A stretch of DNA of 64,000 nucleotides from the NCBI GenBank assembly GCA_963716255.1, contig OY970303.1, forward strand, positions 4,640,001-4,704,000, written 5' to 3'. Below the pieces are notes generated by a model. The model was not told the origin of the DNA and did no database searches. It saw nothing but the letters and a program-made list of their open reading frames with translations. This stretch comes from an uncultured Gemmatimonadales bacterium. Its GTDB lineage: Bacteria; Gemmatimonadota; Gemmatimonadetes; Longimicrobiales; Longimicrobiaceae. Made by a program: the position numbers and the translations under genes. Positions 59,972-64,000 of the stretch are shown in pieces (the stretch's first letter is position 1; each line of letters begins with the position of its first letter).

Positions 59972-61429
59972 ATGTCCGAAGGCCCGCAGTACACCTCGTG
60001 CGTGGACAAGGCGGCGTGGAAGTCCGTCCTCGCCACCATCGGCGCGGCGAACATCATCGTCGCAAGCGCGGCCATCGCGGCCATCGTGGCCGGCCTCGTC
60101 CTTCCCCCGGCGGCCCTGGTCGGCCTGGTGCTGGCCATCGCGACGGGCGCCCAGATCCTGCGCAAGGTCGCCGGCTGGCTGCTGGGCGGCAAGCTCATCT
60201 GCATGCAGAACGCGAAGCGCCGCGTCTACAGCGACCCGGACCCGGACCGGGTCTGCGTCCTGGGCACGATCCTCGATTTCGAGCAGGTGGGCGAGGACAA
60301 GAGCGGCTTCGGGCTGATCGACAACGACTTCGGGGTGAACCTCCTGCTCGCCCCGCTCACCACCGCCGACGTCGTTTCCGCCAAGGACCTCGCGACGCTC
60401 CGGTCGCTCGCGGAGAACGGCCCGCAGGGGGACCTCATCCAGAACCCGCAGCCGCCGGCCGTGGCCGCGGGCGATCCGCCCGCGCCTCCGGCGCTGGTGC
60501 GCAAGGACGACCCGACGAAGCTTTTCGGGCCCATGCCGGCCGGCTTCGCCGGCTACGAGCGCGGGCTGATGTTCTCCAAGAGCTTCCCGCGGGCCATCCC
60601 GGCGAACGCGTTCCGCGATCCGCGCCAGCTGGTCAAGGTGGACCCGGTGTTCCAGGCCCTGGCCGACGACGCCCGCGACGAATACCTGGCGCCGTTCCAG
60701 GGGCCGGGGCCGGTCATCGTCAACGGGCAGACGCTCACGGACGCGCAGAGGCAGGATCTCGTCGCCAAGGCCACCGCGGACCCGTTTTCCCAGCCGGTCA
60801 TCGTGGACGGCTTCGAAAAGGCGGTGGATGCGGCCTTCCACTTCGAGGAGAAGCGGGCGCCGGTGCTCCACTGCGAGTTCGAAGGCTCCCGCATCAAGGA
60901 CGTCTTCGACGTGCTCGACGTGGCCAGCTTCAACTGCGGCGGGGGATTCTTCGGCTTCCTCTGCGACCTCGTGAACATCGTGATCTCGATCTTCCTCGGC
61001 CTGCCGCTGCTGATCGCCGCGATCGTGGCCTGGGCCTCCGCGGACGACGGGGCGTTGTCCGACGCCTACGACGGCGCGAGCGGTGAGCTGCGCTGGGGCG
61101 ATCCGATCGTCGTGCGCGGTCGCTGGAGCTACGATGGCGGCCATTCCGGCTACAACGAGATCCACGCCGTGCGCACCGTGCAGAAGACGTTCCCGCCGCC
61201 GCAGGACCGCGACGCCTGGTGCGGCGAGCTGTCGAAGGTGCCGCCCAGTCCGCCGCCCGAGCGGGATCCGGTCGGCACGCCTTCGCCGCCGCCGCCGGCG
61301 CCCGCCGGGCAGCCGCCGATGAACGCGAGGCAGAAGGAAACTTGGGACGCGCAGCAGCGCGACGAGAACCGCTGGGTCTATCATCCCGCCGTCGACGGCT
61401 GCGTCCCGGCGGCCCACGCGGTCGGGTAG
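59972..61429 (+). CDS. Hypothetical membrane-associated protein with OB-fold-like segment
   Basis: Hydrophobic hairpins, LHCEFEGS, GRWSYDGGH.G.NEIH and W.YHP.VDGC. Confidence 0.72.
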   Translation: MSEGPQYTSCVDKAAWKSVLATIGAANIIVASAAIAAIVAGLVLPPAALVGLVLAIATGAQILRKVAGWLLGGKLICMQNAKRRVYSDPDPDRVCVLGTILDFEQVGEDKSGFGLIDNDFGVNLLLAPLTTADVVSAKDLATLRSLAENGPQGDLIQNPQPPAVAAGDPPAPPALVRKDDPTKLFGPMPAGFAGYERGLMFSKSFPRAIPANAFRDPRQLVKVDPVFQALADDARDEYLAPFQGPGPVIVNGQTLTDAQRQDLVAKATADPFSQPVIVDGFEKAVDAAFHFEEKRAPVLHCEFEGSRIKDVFDVLDVASFNCGGGFFGFLCDLVNIVISIFLGLPLLIAAIVAWASADDGALSDAYDGASGELRWGDPIVVRGRWSYDGGHSGYNEIHAVRTVQKTFPPPQDRDAWCGELSKVPPSPPPERDPVGTPSPPPPAPAGQPPMNARQKETWDAQQRDENRWVYHPAVDGCVPAAHAVG

Positions 61430-61640
61430 GCATCGTTTCCGATCGGGCTCCCCGGACGCGCTCCGTTGCCGCAGCGCACGAAAAGCTTGACGGGCCGGGG
61501 GGCCGCCAACACAGTTGTCCTGAACCAATCGCCCGCGGTCTCGCCGGCCCGGGCGTACGTGCCTGGTCCGGCGCGGCGGCGAGCGCTTCGGACCCGTCCG
61601 GCGGCTCTCCGTTCGCCGTCTTCCCGATCGCCGCTCCGCG

Positions 61641-64000
61641 ATGAACCTTCCCCGTCCCGTCCAGGACGCGGGCCCGCCGCCGACCGGCACGCCGGGGCGC
61701 GTCGTGCCCGCGCGGCTCTTCCCGCCCGCGCCCGCCGCCCCGCCGCGGCCGGACGTGGGCGGCAAGTTCCTGTTCGCGGGAGCGGAGAAGCTGTACCTGC
61801 GCGGGGTGACGTACGGCCCCTTCCGGCCGGACGCGGACGGGTGCGAGTACCGGACGCCCGCGGCGGCCGAGCGCGACTTCGCGCGGATGGCCGCGCACGG
61901 GATCAACTCCGTCCGCACCTACACGGTTCCCCCCCGCTGGCTCCTGGACGCCGCGCTCCGCCACGGCCTGCGGGTGATGGTGGGGCTGCCGTGGGAGCAG
62001 CACGTCACCTTCCTGGACGGCCGGCGGCGGGCGCGCTCCATCGAGGCGCGCGTCCGCGAGGGCGTGCGCGCGTGCGCCGGACACCCGGCGGTGCTCTGCT
62101 ACGCGGTGGGGAACGAGATCCCGGCGGGGATCGTCCGCTGGCACGGCGCGCGGCGGGTGGAGGAGTTCCTGGGGCGGCTGTACCGCGCGGCGCGGGAGGA
62201 GGACCCGGGCGGGCTGGTGACGTACGTCAACTACCCCTCCACCGAGTACCTGGACCTGTCCTTCGCGGACCTGCTCTGCTTCAACGTGTACCTGGAGCGG
62301 CAGGAGCGGCTGGAGGCGTACCTGGCGCGGCTGCACAACCTGGCGGGCGACCGGCCGCTGGTGCTGGCCGAGGTGGGGCTCGACTCCCGCCGCAACGGCG
62401 ACGCCGCCCAGGCGCAGTCGCTGGAGTGGCAGCTGCGCACGGCGTTCGCGAGCGGGTGCGCGGGCGCGTTCGCCTTCGCCTGGACGGACGCGTGGCACCG
62501 CGGCGGCCACGACATCGAGGACTGGGACTTCGGGCTGACGGACCGCGCGGGCGAGCCGAAGCCGGCGCTTTCCGCCGTGAGCGAGGTGTTCGCCGGGGTG
62601 CCCGTGCCCGCCGGCCGCGCCTGGCCGCGCGTGTCGGTGGTGGTGTGCGCCTACAACGCGGCGGGCACGCTGCACGACACCCTGCGGGGCGTGGAGGCGC
62701 TGCGGTACCCCGACTTCGAGGTCATCGTGGTGGACGACGGCTCCACCGACGCCACGGCCGAGATCGCCGCGGGGTACGGCTGCCGGCTGATCCGCACCCC
62801 GAACCGGGGTCTTTCCGCGGCGCGCAACACGGGGTGGCGCGAGGCCGCCGGCGAGATCGTGGCCTACATAGACGCCGACGCGCACCCGGACCCGGACTGG
62901 CTCACCTACCTGGCGCTGGACTTCGCCGCCACCGCGCACGCCGGCGTGGGCGGCCCCAACGTCCCCCCGCGGGACGCCCGCCTGGTGGCCGACTGCGTGG
63001 CCAACGCGCCGGGCGGACCCGTGCACGTGCTCCTCTCGGACCGCGAGGCCGAGCACATCCCCGGGTGCAACATGGCGTTCCGGCGCTCGGCGCTGGAGGC
63101 GCTGGGGGGCTTCGACCCGCAGTTCCGCACGGCCGGCGACGACGTGGACCTGTGCTGGCGCCTGCAGGACCAGGGCTGGACGCTGGGCTTCGCCCCGGCC
63201 GCCATGGTGTGGCACCACCGCCGGGCGACGGTGCGGGGGTACTGGCGGCAGCAGGTGGGGTACGGCCGTGCGGAGGCCATGCTGGAGCGCAAGTGGCCGG
63301 ACCGCTACAACGGGAGCGGACACGTGCAGTGGACGGGGCGCATCTACGGCGACGGGCTCCTGCAGCCGATCCTCCCGCCCCCGGGCCGCATCTACGGCGG
63401 GGTGTGGGGGACGGCGCCGTTCCAGCGGCTGTACCGCCCGGCGCCGGGGATGCTCCGCTCGCTCCCCCTCATGCCGGAGTGGTACCTGGGGATCGGCCTG
63501 CTGGCGGCGCTTTCCGTCGTGGGCCTCCTGTGGTCTCCCCTGCTGGCGGCGCTCCCGCTCGCGGGAATCGCGGCGCTGGCGCAGCTGGGGCAGGCGCTGC
63601 GGGGCGGCACGCGGGCCTGCTTCCGCAGGCCCATGCCTCCCACGGCGGTCGCGGCCCGGCGCGCCCTGACCTCGGGGCTGCACCTGCTGCAGCCGCTGGC
63701 CCGGCTGCGGGGGCGGCTGTCGCACGGCATCACGCCGTGGAGGCGGCGGGGGGTGCGGGGGCTGGCGCTGCCGGGTCCGCGGGTGCTGTCGGCGTGGAGC
63801 GAGAGGTGGCGCGACCCCGCGGACCGCCTGCGGGCGCTGGACGCGGCGCTCCGCGAGCACCGGGCGGTGGTGCGCCATGGCGGCGACACCGACCTGTGGG
63901 ACCTGGAGGTGCGCGACGGCACGCTGGGCTCGGTGCGGGTGCGCATGGCCGTGGAGGAGCACGGCGCGGGGCGGCAGCTGGTGCGTCTGCGCGCGTGGCC
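61641..64000 (+). CDS. Glycoside-hydrolase (GH2/GH5-like TIM barrel) fused to a GT2 glycosyltransferase; runs off the window
   Basis: LRGVTYGPF, GINSVRTY, VGNE, LAEVG, then VSVVVCAYN, VDDGSTD, IDAD, PGCNMAFRR and AGDDVDLCWRL. Confidence 0.85.
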   Translation, partial: MNLPRPVQDAGPPPTGTPGRVVPARLFPPAPAAPPRPDVGGKFLFAGAEKLYLRGVTYGPFRPDADGCEYRTPAAAERDFARMAAHGINSVRTYTVPPRWLLDAALRHGLRVMVGLPWEQHVTFLDGRRRARSIEARVREGVRACAGHPAVLCYAVGNEIPAGIVRWHGARRVEEFLGRLYRAAREEDPGGLVTYVNYPSTEYLDLSFADLLCFNVYLERQERLEAYLARLHNLAGDRPLVLAEVGLDSRRNGDAAQAQSLEWQLRTAFASGCAGAFAFAWTDAWHRGGHDIEDWDFGLTDRAGEPKPALSAVSEVFAGVPVPAGRAWPRVSVVVCAYNAAGTLHDTLRGVEALRYPDFEVIVVDDGSTDATAEIAAGYGCRLIRTPNRGLSAARNTGWREAAGEIVAYIDADAHPDPDWLTYLALDFAATAHAGVGGPNVPPRDARLVADCVANAPGGPVHVLLSDREAEHIPGCNMAFRRSALEALGGFDPQFRTAGDDVDLCWRLQDQGWTLGFAPAAMVWHHRRATVRGYWRQQVGYGRAEAMLERKWPDRYNGSGHVQWTGRIYGDGLLQPILPPPGRIYGGVWGTAPFQRLYRPAPGMLRSLPLMPEWYLGIGLLAALSVVGLLWSPLLAALPLAGIAALAQLGQALRGGTRACFRRPMPPTAVAARRALTSGLHLLQPLARLRGRLSHGITPWRRRGVRGLALPGPRVLSAWSERWRDPADRLRALDAALREHRAVVRHGGDTDLWDLEVRDGTLGSVRVRMAVEEHGAGRQLVRLRAW

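Overview
High-GC chromosomal window. The gene content and protein style suggest a Gemmatimonadota (Longimicrobium-like) bacterium, which is an inference I cannot check here. Core content: an M16 peptidase fragment, an amidohydrolase pair, the imuA-imuB-dnaE2 mutasome (split by an antisense PIN module), Rrf2/TrxB, gyrA, mrdA, rho, a two-component pair, an ABC exporter, DUF4160/DUF2442, an htpX-terC-corC operon, acd/APH, ggt, a peptidoglycan-recycling cluster (murQ-anmK-nagZ-ampG-amidase), an Omp85-protease, nrdJ with NrdR boxes, a low-GC SIR2-HerA-KTSC island, and a GH-GT2 fusion at the right edge. Best leads: (1) a secreted or membrane uORF ending in PRGPPA* upstream of a hairpin-occluded htpX RBS, a candidate ribosome-arrest sensor; (2) a nested system of intergenic repeats, with two ~130-155 nt multi-hairpin families showing compensatory base changes and a shared AAAC loop, plus a 31-32 nt module inserted at a TT into two unrelated host repeats whose empty forms are also in the window; (3) an orphan His-Me nuclease bracketed by ~250 bp direct repeats; (4) a 66-aa secreted CSab-defensin-like peptide; (5) a four-copy TCGGT-N6 direct repeat upstream of imuA, a candidate SOS box; (6) a Sir2-HerA system with an extra KTSC gene. 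All calls are from motif reading; no searches were run.
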